Shown: positions 37,910 to 46,888 of the stretch, one piece after another
Layout: every line of letters starts with the position of its first letter
How positions within the stretch are numbered: position 1 is the first letter of the stretch
DNA from: an uncultured Collinsella sp.
GTDB taxonomy: Bacteria > Actinomycetota > Coriobacteriia > Coriobacteriales > Coriobacteriaceae
Direction: 5' to 3'
DNA length: 64,000 bases
NCBI GenBank assembly: GCA_958403205.1
Contig: CATXWM010000007.1
Coordinates: 3,613 to 67,612, forward strand
The notes under the pieces: generated by a model
What the model saw: only the letters and a program-made list of their open reading frames with translations
What the model was told of the DNA's origin: nothing
Database searches by the model: none
Position numbers and translations under genes: made by a program

Positions 37910-39002
37910 CCATGCTCACCACCTTGGCTCGATCAAGCAGATCATCGGTAAAGTACCCCAGGTTGGTCGTGGTTATGACCGTCTGGATATCATCGCCGAT
38001 CAACCGTAGAAAAGCACCGCGGCGCTCGCCGTCGAGCTCGCTCATCACGTCGTCCAAAAGCAGCAGCGGGGCGGTACCCAGGACATCGCGAGCCACGGCC
38101 ACCTCCGCCACCTTCCAGGCCAGCACCAACGTTCGCTGCTGGCCTTGGCTGGCAAACGAACGGGCGGAGCGACCCGCCACGGTAAACTCAATCTCATCGC
38201 GATGCGGTCCCACCAGCGTCACGCCGCGGCGAATTTCCTCGTCGGCGTGCTCATCAAGGGCAGCCAGCATGCGCTCGTACGCCCAGCTCTTCAGCTCTTC
38301 GCGATCCTCGATCTGGGGCAAATCCCCCAGTGTGGACGCATAGGACACGTTGGCGGCCTCACCGGACGCCACTTGCCCGTAGGCAGTGTGTACATGGCCC
38401 GCCAGCCGGTCGAGCAGGGCCAACCGGTGCACGAGCAGGGCCGAGCCCGCGCGGGCAATCGAATCATTCCACGCGCCGAGCATCTCGCGGCAGCACCAGG
38501 TCTCCTTAAGCAGGGCATTACGCTGGGTCACGCAGCGCCCATAGGTGCTCGCAAGATCGGCATAGCGTGCGCTCAGTTGCATGCCAAAGTCATCGAGGGC
38601 GGCGCGGCGCACACTGGCACCTCGCTTAACCATGTCCAGATGGTCGGGGCAAAACAGCACGCTCGGCAGAACCCCGCGCACACCGGCGGCAGAGCACCTC
38701 TTGCCGTTGCGGCTAAACGAGCGCTTACCGTCCTCCGCGCTCAATCCCATATCAAGCACGCGGCCGTCGCCCTCGAGCCTCAGCTCGACCTTGCACGAGC
38801 CCACGCCGTCATGGACGAGCTCGGCTGCGGTCGGATGCCTAAACGAGGCGCCGCTCGTCAGCAGCTGCAGTGCCTCTATGAGATTGGTCTTTCCCGCCGC
38901 GTTGGGTCCCGCAAGTATCGTTACGCCCTCGTCCAGGGCAAGGCGATAGCTCTCGAAACTGCGGTAGTGCGCGACGGAAAGATCGCGGGCGAACATGGTC
39001 AT
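37896..39002 (-). CDS. recF: DNA replication/repair protein RecF
   Basis: GPNAAGKTNL, GPHRDE, SQGQQRT, LLLDDVMSELD. Confidence 0.96.
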   Translation of the reverse strand: MTMFARDLSVAHYRSFESYRLALDEGVTILAGPNAAGKTNLIEALQLLTSGASFRHPTAAELVHDGVGSCKVELRLEGDGRVLDMGLSAEDGKRSFSRNGKRCSAAGVRGVLPSVLFCPDHLDMVKRGASVRRAALDDFGMQLSARYADLASTYGRCVTQRNALLKETWCCREMLGAWNDSIARAGSALLVHRLALLDRLAGHVHTAYGQVASGEAANVSYASTLGDLPQIEDREELKSWAYERMLAALDEHADEEIRRGVTLVGPHRDEIEFTVAGRSARSFASQGQQRTLVLAWKVAEVAVARDVLGTAPLLLLDDVMSELDGERRGAFLRLIGDDIQTVITTTNLGYFTDDLLDRAKVVSMGETC

Positions 39003-39011
39003 GGCGCAGCG

Positions 39012-40115
39012 CTAGATGCGGACCGGCATGACCAGGTACAGGTAGTTGATCTTGTCGTAGGACTTGAAGATGCCCGCCTGCGAGTAGCTCTTGAGCTCCA
39101 GCGTGATCTCCTTCTCCTTGGACAGGGCATTGAGGCAGCCGAAGATGTAGTGGTAGTTGAAGGCGATGGTACCCGACTCGCCCTCGGCCTCGACATCGAT
39201 CGTCTCCTGCGCCAGATCCTGGTCGTTGGAGATGGAAGACAGGCCCATCTGGCCGTTCTCGACGTCGATCTCGAACTTGACGGCGGGGTTGGCGCTCGCG
39301 ATAACGGCCACGCGTTTGAGGGCGGCATTGAAGGCGGCCACATCGATCTTGACACTCGTCACGCACGAATCGGGGATGAGCTGCTTGTAGTTGGGATACA
39401 TGCCCTCGATGCGGCGCGACACGTAGGTGGTGTTGCCGGCCTCAAAGACGACCTGGGTGTCGGTAGCCCCGATCATGATGGTCGCCTGGCTGGCCATGAT
39501 GTTCAGCGCGTCGTTAAAGGCGTCAGCCGGAACGTTGAGCTCAAAGGAGCCCTCGAGGGTCGAGGTCTCGACCTGCGTATCGCACACGGCCAAGCGGAAG
39601 GAATCGGTCGCCACCAGGCGCACGGTATTGTTCTCGACCTTCATGTGCACGCCGCCCAGGATGGGGCGGGCCTTGTCGGTCGAGGTGACGCGCCACACGC
39701 GACCGACCATTTCGGACAAGATATCGGTCGGCAGCTCCACGGCGCTCTCGATGGCATAGGCCGGAAACTCGGGGAAGTCATTGGCATCGAGCGTGTTCAG
39801 CCTAAAAGAGCTCTTCTCGCAACTGATCAGCACTTGGCGCTCGGACAGCTCAAAGGTGACCGGGGCATCGGGGAGGGTCTTGGTGATATTGGAGAGCATC
39901 TTACAGGGGATAACCATCTCGCCCTCTTCTTCGACATGCGCCGCGATGCGATGACGGATCGAGATGGTGTAGTTAGAGGTCTGGAATTCCAAGATGCCGT
40001 CTTGCGCCTTAACGAGCACGCCCGACAGGATGGGAAGGGTGGATGCCGAAGCGACACCCTTCATTACGACGCCGATGGCTTGTGTAAGCGAGCTCTGGCT
40101 GACGGTGAACTTCAT
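39012..40115 (-). CDS. dnaN: DNA polymerase III beta sliding clamp
   Basis: LPILSGV, VATDSFRL, SRRIEGMYPNY, YLVMPVR; synteny. Confidence 0.97.
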   Translation of the reverse strand: MKFTVSQSSLTQAIGVVMKGVASASTLPILSGVLVKAQDGILEFQTSNYTISIRHRIAAHVEEEGEMVIPCKMLSNITKTLPDAPVTFELSERQVLISCEKSSFRLNTLDANDFPEFPAYAIESAVELPTDILSEMVGRVWRVTSTDKARPILGGVHMKVENNTVRLVATDSFRLAVCDTQVETSTLEGSFELNVPADAFNDALNIMASQATIMIGATDTQVVFEAGNTTYVSRRIEGMYPNYKQLIPDSCVTSVKIDVAAFNAALKRVAVIASANPAVKFEIDVENGQMGLSSISNDQDLAQETIDVEAEGESGTIAFNYHYIFGCLNALSKEKEITLELKSYSQAGIFKSYDKINYLYLVMPVRI

Positions 40116-40353
40116 CTTTTAATACCTTTCTATAGATATAAATATCTTAATAATAGTAATAGCACTGACGAAACTGTTGATTACTCCCAAAGACGCAGGT
40201 CAGACCCAGAAAGAGAATCGACAGCAACCTGTGTGCAACAGGGGTGGTTTTCCACGTTCAAAACCTGCGCAAAACTTTTCATCACCGCGGGTTGGGTTTT
40301 AGACACCTTATGCCCGTGGTTTCGACAAGTTTTCAACAGGTGTCTCTATTTCC
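40116..40353. other. oriC core (dnaA-dnaN intergenic): AT-rich DUE, DnaA-trios, DnaA-box-like sites
   Basis: AT-rich 40116-40162 ending TAA-TAA-TAG-TAA-TAG, then TGTTGATTA (40175), TTTTCCACG (40248), GTTTCGACA (40319), TTTTCAACA (40330). Confidence 0.85.
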
Positions 40354-42078
40354 CTACGAGCGCAGTGTAATTTTATCGCGCAGCGACTTGAGGTCTTCGG
40401 TGACGGTGCGGTCTTCCTGGATCATCTTCTGGACCTTTTTGTAGCTCGTGCTGACGGTCGAGTGGTTGCGGTTGCCAAATTCGGCGCCCACCGCCGTGGT
40501 CGTCATTTCGCACATCTCGATGGCCAGGTAGATAGCGATATGGCGTGCTTTGGCGATATTGGCGTTGCGACGCGGGCCGATGAGCTCCTCGTGTGTCACG
40601 CCGTACTGCTCTTCGATGACGGACTGAACCGTCTGGACGTTGATCTTTTTGGCCGATGTGTCGAAGTACTGGCTGGCGATGGCGTCGATATCGTCAAAGG
40701 TGAGCTCTCCGCCCTCGCGCTCGCGGTCGCCCGCCTCGCCGGCGCAGCGCTCGCAAAAGCTCTCGAGTTCGCGGATGTTGGTGCCCGAGACCTCGGCCAT
40801 GTGTTTAAAGTGCTCGTCGGTCAGGTGCCCGCCGTCGCCCCCATAGGCCGCCAGCAGTGAGTCGTCGCCCGCCTCGGGAGCGGCGACGATGGTGTTCTCG
40901 TAATAGCGCTGCAAGATCTTGTATTTCATCTCGTAGCTGGGCTCTGCGACCAGGCAGAGCATTCCGGCGTTGAAGCGGCTGGTCAGACGCTCGTCCATGC
41001 TTAGGTCCTTGGGGGCGCGGTCTGCCGCGATGACGACCTTCTTGTTGTTGCGGATGAACTCGTCCATGAGCTGGAAAAAGTAGTCCACGCTCGCGCGCTT
41101 GCCGATGATGTTTTGGATGTCATCGATGATGAGCACGTCCACGCCGTGGTATGCCTGCATGATGGGGGCGTTGCTCTTCTTTTGACGGTCGAACTCGGTC
41201 ATCAGGTCGTCCAGATATGCCTGGGAGTTTGCATACTTGACCTTGATCTCGGGCGACTTCTCGGCGAGCTCGTTTTTGATGGCAAGCAGCAGGTGCGTCT
41301 TGCCCAGGCCCGATTTGCCGTAGATGAACAGTGATGTGCATGTGCCGCGCTCGTCCGCGAGGGCGGCAAACTTGAGTGCCGAGCGATAGGCATGGCTGTT
41401 CTCGGGGCCGTAGACAAAGTTCTCAAAGGTAAATTTTGAGTTCGCGGCGAGCGGGGCTCCATCCGTATTCTGCTCGGCCGGCACGGTCGGTGCTGGCATG
41501 GGTGAAGCGGGGGCCGCAGCTTGCGTGGATTTAGTCGGCGCTCCGCCCTTCATCTGGTTCATCATGCGACGAAAATCGTCGGCCGAGAGCGTGTTCTTGA
41601 TTGCAATGCCCGAATCCGCGCCCGCCGCTGCGTCGTGAGCGATGGGCATGTGCGTGACGGGTGCATTCGTTGACGTCGCTGCCGCGGTCGGCACCGGTAA
41701 CATGGTTTCACGGGAAACATTGCTGTGCTGGTGCTCGATTGTCGGCACGTCGCCTGCGGAGGCCGGCACCGCCGGGGAAGCAGCGGGAGCCGTGGCGGGC
41801 GCCGTCGCGGCAGCGGATTCCGTCGCGGCGCCTTGCGGTGCCACGATGTCGAGCGCAATCGGTGCAAAGGCGATTTCTTCCAGATAGGCCTCAATAGTCG
41901 GCTGATGCTTTTTGAGCTGCGCGATGGCAAAGCGCGAGGGAGCCTCGATCGTGAGCATATCTTCGGTCAGGCTTATGGCGCGCGATTGCCCCAGCATGTT
42001 GATGAGGCGTGCATCTTGGCCGTCGCGCTGGCAAAAGGCGATGGCATCCCCCAGGATGATGCTTGCTTCCTCGTCCAC
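40354..42078 (-). CDS. dnaA: Chromosomal replication initiator DnaA
   Basis: FTFENFV, Walker A GKSGLGKT, LIIDDIQ, RLTSRF, NIRELE, domain IV RNHSTV; long Ala/Pro/Thr linker. Confidence 0.96.
   Translation of the reverse strand: MDEEASIILGDAIAFCQRDGQDARLINMLGQSRAISLTEDMLTIEAPSRFAIAQLKKHQPTIEAYLEEIAFAPIALDIVAPQGAATESAAATAPATAPAASPAVPASAGDVPTIEHQHSNVSRETMLPVPTAAATSTNAPVTHMPIAHDAAAGADSGIAIKNTLSADDFRRMMNQMKGGAPTKSTQAAAPASPMPAPTVPAEQNTDGAPLAANSKFTFENFVYGPENSHAYRSALKFAALADERGTCTSLFIYGKSGLGKTHLLLAIKNELAEKSPEIKVKYANSQAYLDDLMTEFDRQKKSNAPIMQAYHGVDVLIIDDIQNIIGKRASVDYFFQLMDEFIRNNKKVVIAADRAPKDLSMDERLTSRFNAGMLCLVAEPSYEMKYKILQRYYENTIVAAPEAGDDSLLAAYGGDGGHLTDEHFKHMAEVSGTNIRELESFCERCAGEAGDREREGGELTFDDIDAIASQYFDTSAKKINVQTVQSVIEEQYGVTHEELIGPRRNANIAKARHIAIYLAIEMCEMTTTAVGAEFGNRNHSTVSTSYKKVQKMIQEDRTVTEDLKSLRDKITLRS
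41704..41719. promoter_or_regulatory. parS-like site inside dnaA
   Basis: GGTTTCACGGGAAACA, two mismatches to TGTTTCACGTGAAACA. Confidence 0.6.
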
Positions 42079-42093
42079 TGTCTCTCCCGTTCT

Positions 42094-43446
42094 TTAGCTC
42101 TGAGCTCGCACGCGAGCGGCGCCGAGTTCGGTCAGATGGTATTTCTGGCCATGCTTGATGACCAAGCCGGCCTGCGCCAAGTCATTGAGCGTGCGTGACC
42201 AAGTGGGGGCCGAGTTTCCAAACGCCCTCGCCAGATCGGTTGCACCGCACGCTTGATTTTGCGCCAGATAGCCCAGCGCGGCGTTGCCGCGATCGCTTAC
42301 GAACACGTCCGGTTGTGGCTGCGCATACTGATTTGCTGCATTAGGATACATCATTTGAGCTGCTGGTTGTTGAGAACTCTGCATCGGCGGCATTTGCTGT
42401 TGAAAACTTTGAGGCCACTGTTGGTAAGGCTGTGGAGGCATCTGCTGGGCCCAGGGGTTGTACTGCTGCTGCGGCATCTGCTGGTACGGCTGCTGATATC
42501 CCTGCTGGTACTGCTGCGGGAACGGTTGGCCGTACCCCAGTGGCGGCATCTGCTGATATGGATATCCCTGTTGGTACGGCTGATAGCCCATTTGCTGGCC
42601 ACCCGGTGCCCCCGTCGCCTGCTGCATTGCTGCTGCATCCTGATCCGCCAGCGGCACGGCCTCTGGCATGTTTGGCGGCATCGACATCGATGTCGCCTGG
42701 GGCTCTTGTGTGGGAAGCATTCCGGGCTGCTGCATCTGCCTCACGGGGGGCTGCATCTGCTGCGTTGCCATGGGCTGCTGTGCAAAAGCTCCCGGCAGGG
42801 GATATGTGGGCTGCTCCGTCTCGGGCCGCACGGCAGCACCGCGTCCACCGGCGCGCTCGATTTCCTGTACGCGTTTAGGGTCCAGGCTTACCGTCACCAC
42901 GGTACCGCTACCCATGTTGTCCTCGATGGATACGGCACCGCCGGCGTTTTCCAAATACTCCTGCACCATGGGAAACCCTGCTCCGGTTCCACGGATATAG
43001 CGCTTCATCTTGCTGTTTGCACTGGTAACGCCAAAGTCGAAAGCGCGCTCCTTGTCGTCGATGCCGGGTCCTTGATCAGCAAAGCGGATGGTGTCTCCGC
43101 CGTCCAGAATCGAGATGATGGGCTCGGCAAAGTGCGCGTGGATAAAGTTTTCGACAATCTCGCGGATGACCATGAGCGAGATATGGCCACCTTGTTCTTT
43201 CATGCACTGGTAGACGGTGTTGGTCGTCTCTTCTAAATACGTGCGGACATCTTGCGGATCAATGACGATCACACGCGGTGTCGACAGCATGTCGTCATAG
43301 ACGGCGATGCGCACGGCGTACATGGCTTTTGGCGCCTGCGTGGTCGTCTGCTCGCCTTCCGCATGCTCTTCGTGCACGCCGGTGATGTGCTCGTTGTCGG
43401 GTGCCGGGTCTCCGGAATCGACCATGGTGTAAAAGTCGTCAGACAT
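42094..43446 (-). CDS. GHKL (HATPase_c) ATP-binding protein with a Gln/Pro-rich linker and C-terminal winged HTH
   Basis: N-box EIVENFIHA, G1 DQGPGI, G2 GTGAGF, G3 GSGT; Q/P/Y/M-rich tract; GATDLARAFGNSAPTWSRTLNDLAQAGLV..YHLT wHTH. Confidence 0.85.
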   Translation of the reverse strand: MSDDFYTMVDSGDPAPDNEHITGVHEEHAEGEQTTTQAPKAMYAVRIAVYDDMLSTPRVIVIDPQDVRTYLEETTNTVYQCMKEQGGHISLMVIREIVENFIHAHFAEPIISILDGGDTIRFADQGPGIDDKERAFDFGVTSANSKMKRYIRGTGAGFPMVQEYLENAGGAVSIEDNMGSGTVVTVSLDPKRVQEIERAGGRGAAVRPETEQPTYPLPGAFAQQPMATQQMQPPVRQMQQPGMLPTQEPQATSMSMPPNMPEAVPLADQDAAAMQQATGAPGGQQMGYQPYQQGYPYQQMPPLGYGQPFPQQYQQGYQQPYQQMPQQQYNPWAQQMPPQPYQQWPQSFQQQMPPMQSSQQPAAQMMYPNAANQYAQPQPDVFVSDRGNAALGYLAQNQACGATDLARAFGNSAPTWSRTLNDLAQAGLVIKHGQKYHLTELGAARVRAQS

Positions 43447-43791
43447 GCCGCTCGCAATCTTTCAAAAGGTTTCGAACAAATAGTAGCTCACCGTGCAATG
43501 TTTCTCATCTTTCGACAACTTTTCAAAACCTGTTGAAAACTTTGGAAAACGGGCGAAAAGTTCTCAACATTGCCAACATGACCTGTTGAAAACTCGGTGA
43601 AATATCGTGAAAAGTTGTCGTACCCCGCAAATTTCAGTTGGGCTTATGGGGGAACCGTGTGAACTGCGCGACCTTTTACCTTTGATTTCTTGACATTTGA
43701 ACATTGATTTCCCTACAATCTTCAAGCTCACGTGTCTATATCTGCGTCCGCGCTCCCGCGGACACTCGAAATGCAGCAGGAGGAACTTAAG
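43447..43791. other. Second DnaA-box cluster and divergent promoter region
   Basis: TGTTGAAAA at 43531 and 43584, TTCTCAACA 43561, TTGCCAACA 43570, CTTTCGACA 43509, TTTCGAACA 43470; gene polarity switches here. Confidence 0.7.
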
Positions 43792-43926
43792 ATGAAGCGT
43801 ACGTATCAGCCTAATAAGCGTAAGCGTGCCAAGACCCATGGCTTCCGTGCCCGTATGGCCACCAAGGGTGGTCGTGCCGTGCTCGCCCGTCGCCGCGCCA
43901 AGGGCCGCAAGCGTCTCACTGTCTAG
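43792..43926 (+). CDS. rpmH: 50S ribosomal protein L34
   Basis: [22 protein letters not shown]. Confidence 0.98.
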   Translation: MKRTYQPNKRKRAKTHGFRARMATKGGRAVLARRRAKGRKRLTV

Positions 43927-43946
43927 CAGCGATACACACATCTCGC

Positions 43947-44285
43947 ATGAAGACAATTAAGTCTCGGCAAGATTTCGAGCATGTGTTCAGTCAGGGGCGT
44001 CGTTTCAATCACCCTCTGATTCGAATGACCATATGTGAATCGGTTGGCGAAGGCGACTCCGGAAGGGTCGCCTTCGTTGGTGCTAAACGGCTCGGTTGTG
44101 CAGTTGTGCGCAACCGTTCTAAGCGTGTGATGCGCGAGGCCGCCCGCAGCTGCGGATTTCCCGTTGCGGGTTATGACATCATCTTGTTCGCGACTCCCAA
44201 GACGAGGATCTCCTCGCCGCAGGAGATGGACAAGGCATTGCGTTCGCTTATGAAGCGCGCCGGCGTTGCCGGGGAGGAGCGATGA
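43947..44285 (+). CDS. rnpA: Ribonuclease P protein component
   Basis: [19 protein letters not shown] (RNR motif); synteny. Confidence 0.93.
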   Translation: MKTIKSRQDFEHVFSQGRRFNHPLIRMTICESVGEGDSGRVAFVGAKRLGCAVVRNRSKRVMREAARSCGFPVAGYDIILFATPKTRISSPQEMDKALRSLMKRAGVAGEER

Positions 44286-44506
44286 GCAATCACGTTTTGC
44301 GACGTGTTGCCATCGCTCCTATTCGCATATATCAACAGGTTATTTCGCCCTTATTGCCTGACGCCTGCATTTATTACCCAACGTGCTCGCAATACGCCGT
44401 CCAGGCGATTGAGAAGCACGGTGTTTTGAGAGGCTGCTGGCTTGCCGTGAGGCGCATCGCTCGCTGCAATCCCCTGCACGTCGGCGGTTATGACCCTGTG
44501 CCCTAG
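44282..44506 (+). CDS. yidD: Membrane protein insertion efficiency factor
   Basis: [29 protein letters not shown]. Confidence 0.95.
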   Translation: MSNHVLRRVAIAPIRIYQQVISPLLPDACIYYPTCSQYAVQAIEKHGVLRGCWLAVRRIARCNPLHVGGYDPVP

Positions 44507-44535
44507 CGGGCACTCGCTATCGGAGGAAAACTTAC

Positions 44536-45306
44536 ATGTGGGATTGGATCGTTAACATCCTTTTCGAGCTGCTCAAGCTCATCCAGACCTTTGCGGTCGA
44601 CTGGGGCCTGTCCATCATCATCCTGGTGGTCATCATCCGTCTGCTGCTGACGCCGCTCATGCTCAAGTCGACCAAGTCGACGGCTCGCATGCAGGTGCTG
44701 CAGCCCAAGATGCTCGAGATCCAGGAGCGCTATGCCGACGATCCCCAGCGTCAGGCCGAGGAGATGCAGAAGTTCTACAGCGAGAACAAGTTCAACCCCA
44801 TGGCTGGCTGTCTGCCGCTGCTGATTCAGATGCCTATCCTGTTCGCCCTGTTTACATTGCTGCGCAACCTGCCGCAGTACTTTAACGACGGCACGTTCTC
44901 GTTCTTCAACATCCTGCCCGACCTGACCACCACGCCGAGCGCTTCCTTTGCCGATGGCTTTATGGTTGCACTGCCTGCGCTGGTCTGTCTGATCCTGTTC
45001 GCCGTCCTGACCCTGATTCCGCAGCTCTATATGTCGCGCAACCAGACCGGCCAGCAGGCTCAGAGCATGCGTATGATGGCCGTTGTCATGACGGTCATGA
45101 TGCTTTGGATGGGCTGGAGCCTTCCCGTTGGCGTTCTGCTGTACTACGACGTCTCGTCTGCTTGGCAGGTTATCCAGCAGATTTTTGTGACGCAGAAGGT
45201 CATCGACAAGGCGAAGGCCGATGAGGAGGAGCGTCTTAAGAACGCTCCGCTGCAGGTTGAGGTCACTCGTCGAGAGAAGAAGCCGCGCCCGCACAAGAAG
45301 AAGTAG
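44536..45306 (+). CDS. yidC: Membrane protein insertase YidC/Oxa1
   Basis: WGLSIIIL..IRLLL.PL, NPMAGCLPLLIQMPI. Confidence 0.95.
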   Translation: MWDWIVNILFELLKLIQTFAVDWGLSIIILVVIIRLLLTPLMLKSTKSTARMQVLQPKMLEIQERYADDPQRQAEEMQKFYSENKFNPMAGCLPLLIQMPILFALFTLLRNLPQYFNDGTFSFFNILPDLTTTPSASFADGFMVALPALVCLILFAVLTLIPQLYMSRNQTGQQAQSMRMMAVVMTVMMLWMGWSLPVGVLLYYDVSSAWQVIQQIFVTQKVIDKAKADEEERLKNAPLQVEVTRREKKPRPHKKK

Positions 45307-45350
45307 TGGGATATCAATCTTATTTAGGTACCTAACTTTTGGAGTACGTT

Positions 45351-45920
45351 ATGTCTGAAGAGATCATCGAGGATATGCTTGAGGAGGTTGCCCCGCAGGT
45401 CGCGGGCGATTATCCCGAGATTGCACAGCGTTACAAGGCTGGTGAAGAGCTGACCGATGAGGAGCTCGACACCATTGCCGATGTTGCGATTTCCATCCTG
45501 CGTTCCATCCTTTCGCACTTCGATGCTGCCAACTCTCCTATCGATGAGTATGAGGGCGACGAGGGTGAGCTGATTTTGGATGTAACGGCTCCCGACCTTG
45601 CTGTTCTCATTGGCCGTCATGGTCGCACCCTTGATGCCCTTCAGGTTATGTTCTCTTTGCTGGTGAGCCGCAAACTTGGCTTTAGGTATCCGGTTGTAGT
45701 GGACGTAGAGGGATACAAGAGTCGCCGTCAGGACAAGGTTGCTTCCATGGCTCAGTCTGCTGCCGAGCGTGCCATCCGCACTCATAAGAGTGTTTCGCTT
45801 CCGCCCATGAATGCCTACGAGCGTCGACTGGTTCACATTGCACTTCGTGGCAATGATGCCGTCGATACTCATTCTGAGGGTTCTGACCCTGATCGCCATG
45901 TGGTGATTGTTGCTCGATAA
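45351..45920 (+). CDS. jag: Jag/EloR (KhpB) RNA-binding protein, KH and R3H domains
   Basis: LIGRHGRTLDALQ, PMNAYERRLVH, SEG..P.RHVV. Confidence 0.92.
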   Translation: MSEEIIEDMLEEVAPQVAGDYPEIAQRYKAGEELTDEELDTIADVAISILRSILSHFDAANSPIDEYEGDEGELILDVTAPDLAVLIGRHGRTLDALQVMFSLLVSRKLGFRYPVVVDVEGYKSRRQDKVASMAQSAAERAIRTHKSVSLPPMNAYERRLVHIALRGNDAVDTHSEGSDPDRHVVIVAR

Positions 45921-45938
45921 TCTTCTCGAGCTTATGCT

Positions 45939-45970
45939 AAGGGGACGTGGTTTCCACGTCCCCTTTTTTT
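45939..45970 (+). terminator. Intrinsic terminator
   Basis: AAGGGGACGTGG-TTT-CCACGTCCCCTTTTTTT. Confidence 0.85.
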
Positions 45971-46016
45971 GTCAAAAGTTCTCGATACACTGATTTTTGT
46001 CAGAAAGGAGCTTTCG

Positions 46017-46754
46017 TTGTTAGTACTTACTGATCAGCAGGCTGACGAGATGTTGAGTTGTCTAACTTCCTATTGCAAAGAGTATTCCTTGAGCGTAACT
46101 GATGTTGAGCTGAGGAAATGTATTCAGCATTTGGATTTGGTTCTAGAAACAAATAAGACAACCAATCTCACCCGTATTCTTAACGTAGAAGATGCTGCAG
46201 TACTTCATATCCTCGACTCACTTGTTTTGCTCCCTTATATCAATAAGGCTCCTGAGGGAGCTTTGCTCGATATGGGAACAGGTGCGGGCTTCCCTGGTAT
46301 TCCATTAACCATAACCACGCATCGTAAAGCTACTTATATTGACTCTGTTGGCAAGAAGGTTGATGCGGTTAATTCCTTTGTCCATGCTCTTGGATTGAAA
46401 CATGCTCATGCGGTTCATGATCGTCTTGAAGAATATGCTCGAAGCCATAAGAAACAGTTCTCTGTTGTAACCGCCCGCGCACTGGCCCCTCTACCGATTC
46501 TTGTTGAGTATGCGGCTCCGTATCTGAAAGATGGAGGGCTATTTGTTATAACCAAGGGCAATCCTTCGGATGAGGAGCTTGCTTCCGGCATGTCAGCAGC
46601 TAAGATTTGCGGCTTCACTTTGCTTCTGAATGACGCAATTGATTTGCCTGAAGGCTTGGGTCACAGGGAGTTCATTGTTCTTAAGAAGAGTCATCCAGCA
46701 TTCGTCTCATTGCCTCGTGCAAATGGCGTGGCAAAGAAGAATCCGCTTGCCTAG
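46017..46754 (+). CDS. rsmG: 16S rRNA m7G527 methyltransferase RsmG (GidB)
   Basis: NLTRI, HILDSL, DMGTGAGFPGIP, VTARALA. TTG start after AAAGGAG (uncertain). Confidence 0.93.
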   Translation: MLVLTDQQADEMLSCLTSYCKEYSLSVTDVELRKCIQHLDLVLETNKTTNLTRILNVEDAAVLHILDSLVLLPYINKAPEGALLDMGTGAGFPGIPLTITTHRKATYIDSVGKKVDAVNSFVHALGLKHAHAVHDRLEEYARSHKKQFSVVTARALAPLPILVEYAAPYLKDGGLFVITKGNPSDEELASGMSAAKICGFTLLLNDAIDLPEGLGHREFIVLKKSHPAFVSLPRANGVAKKNPLA

Positions 46755-46755
46755 A

Positions 46756-46849
46756 TGTTTCACGTGAAACATAATGGATACTAACAACTTGCAGTGTTTC
46801 ACGTGAAACATGGCGGTTGATATCGATTCGGAATGTTTCACGTGAAACA
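46756..46849. promoter_or_regulatory. Three perfect parS sites
   Basis: TGTTTCACGTGAAACA at 46756-46771, 46795-46810 and 46834-46849, directly upstream of parA. Confidence 0.95.
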
Positions 46850-46888
46850 TCCTCCGTTTGACAGCTTTAATACACACCAGGAGGGACC

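Noticed and set aside
46756..46849. CRISPR-like repeat-spacer pattern
   Set aside because: The 16-bp repeat is the canonical parS palindrome next to parAB; it is too short for CRISPR and no cas genes are present.
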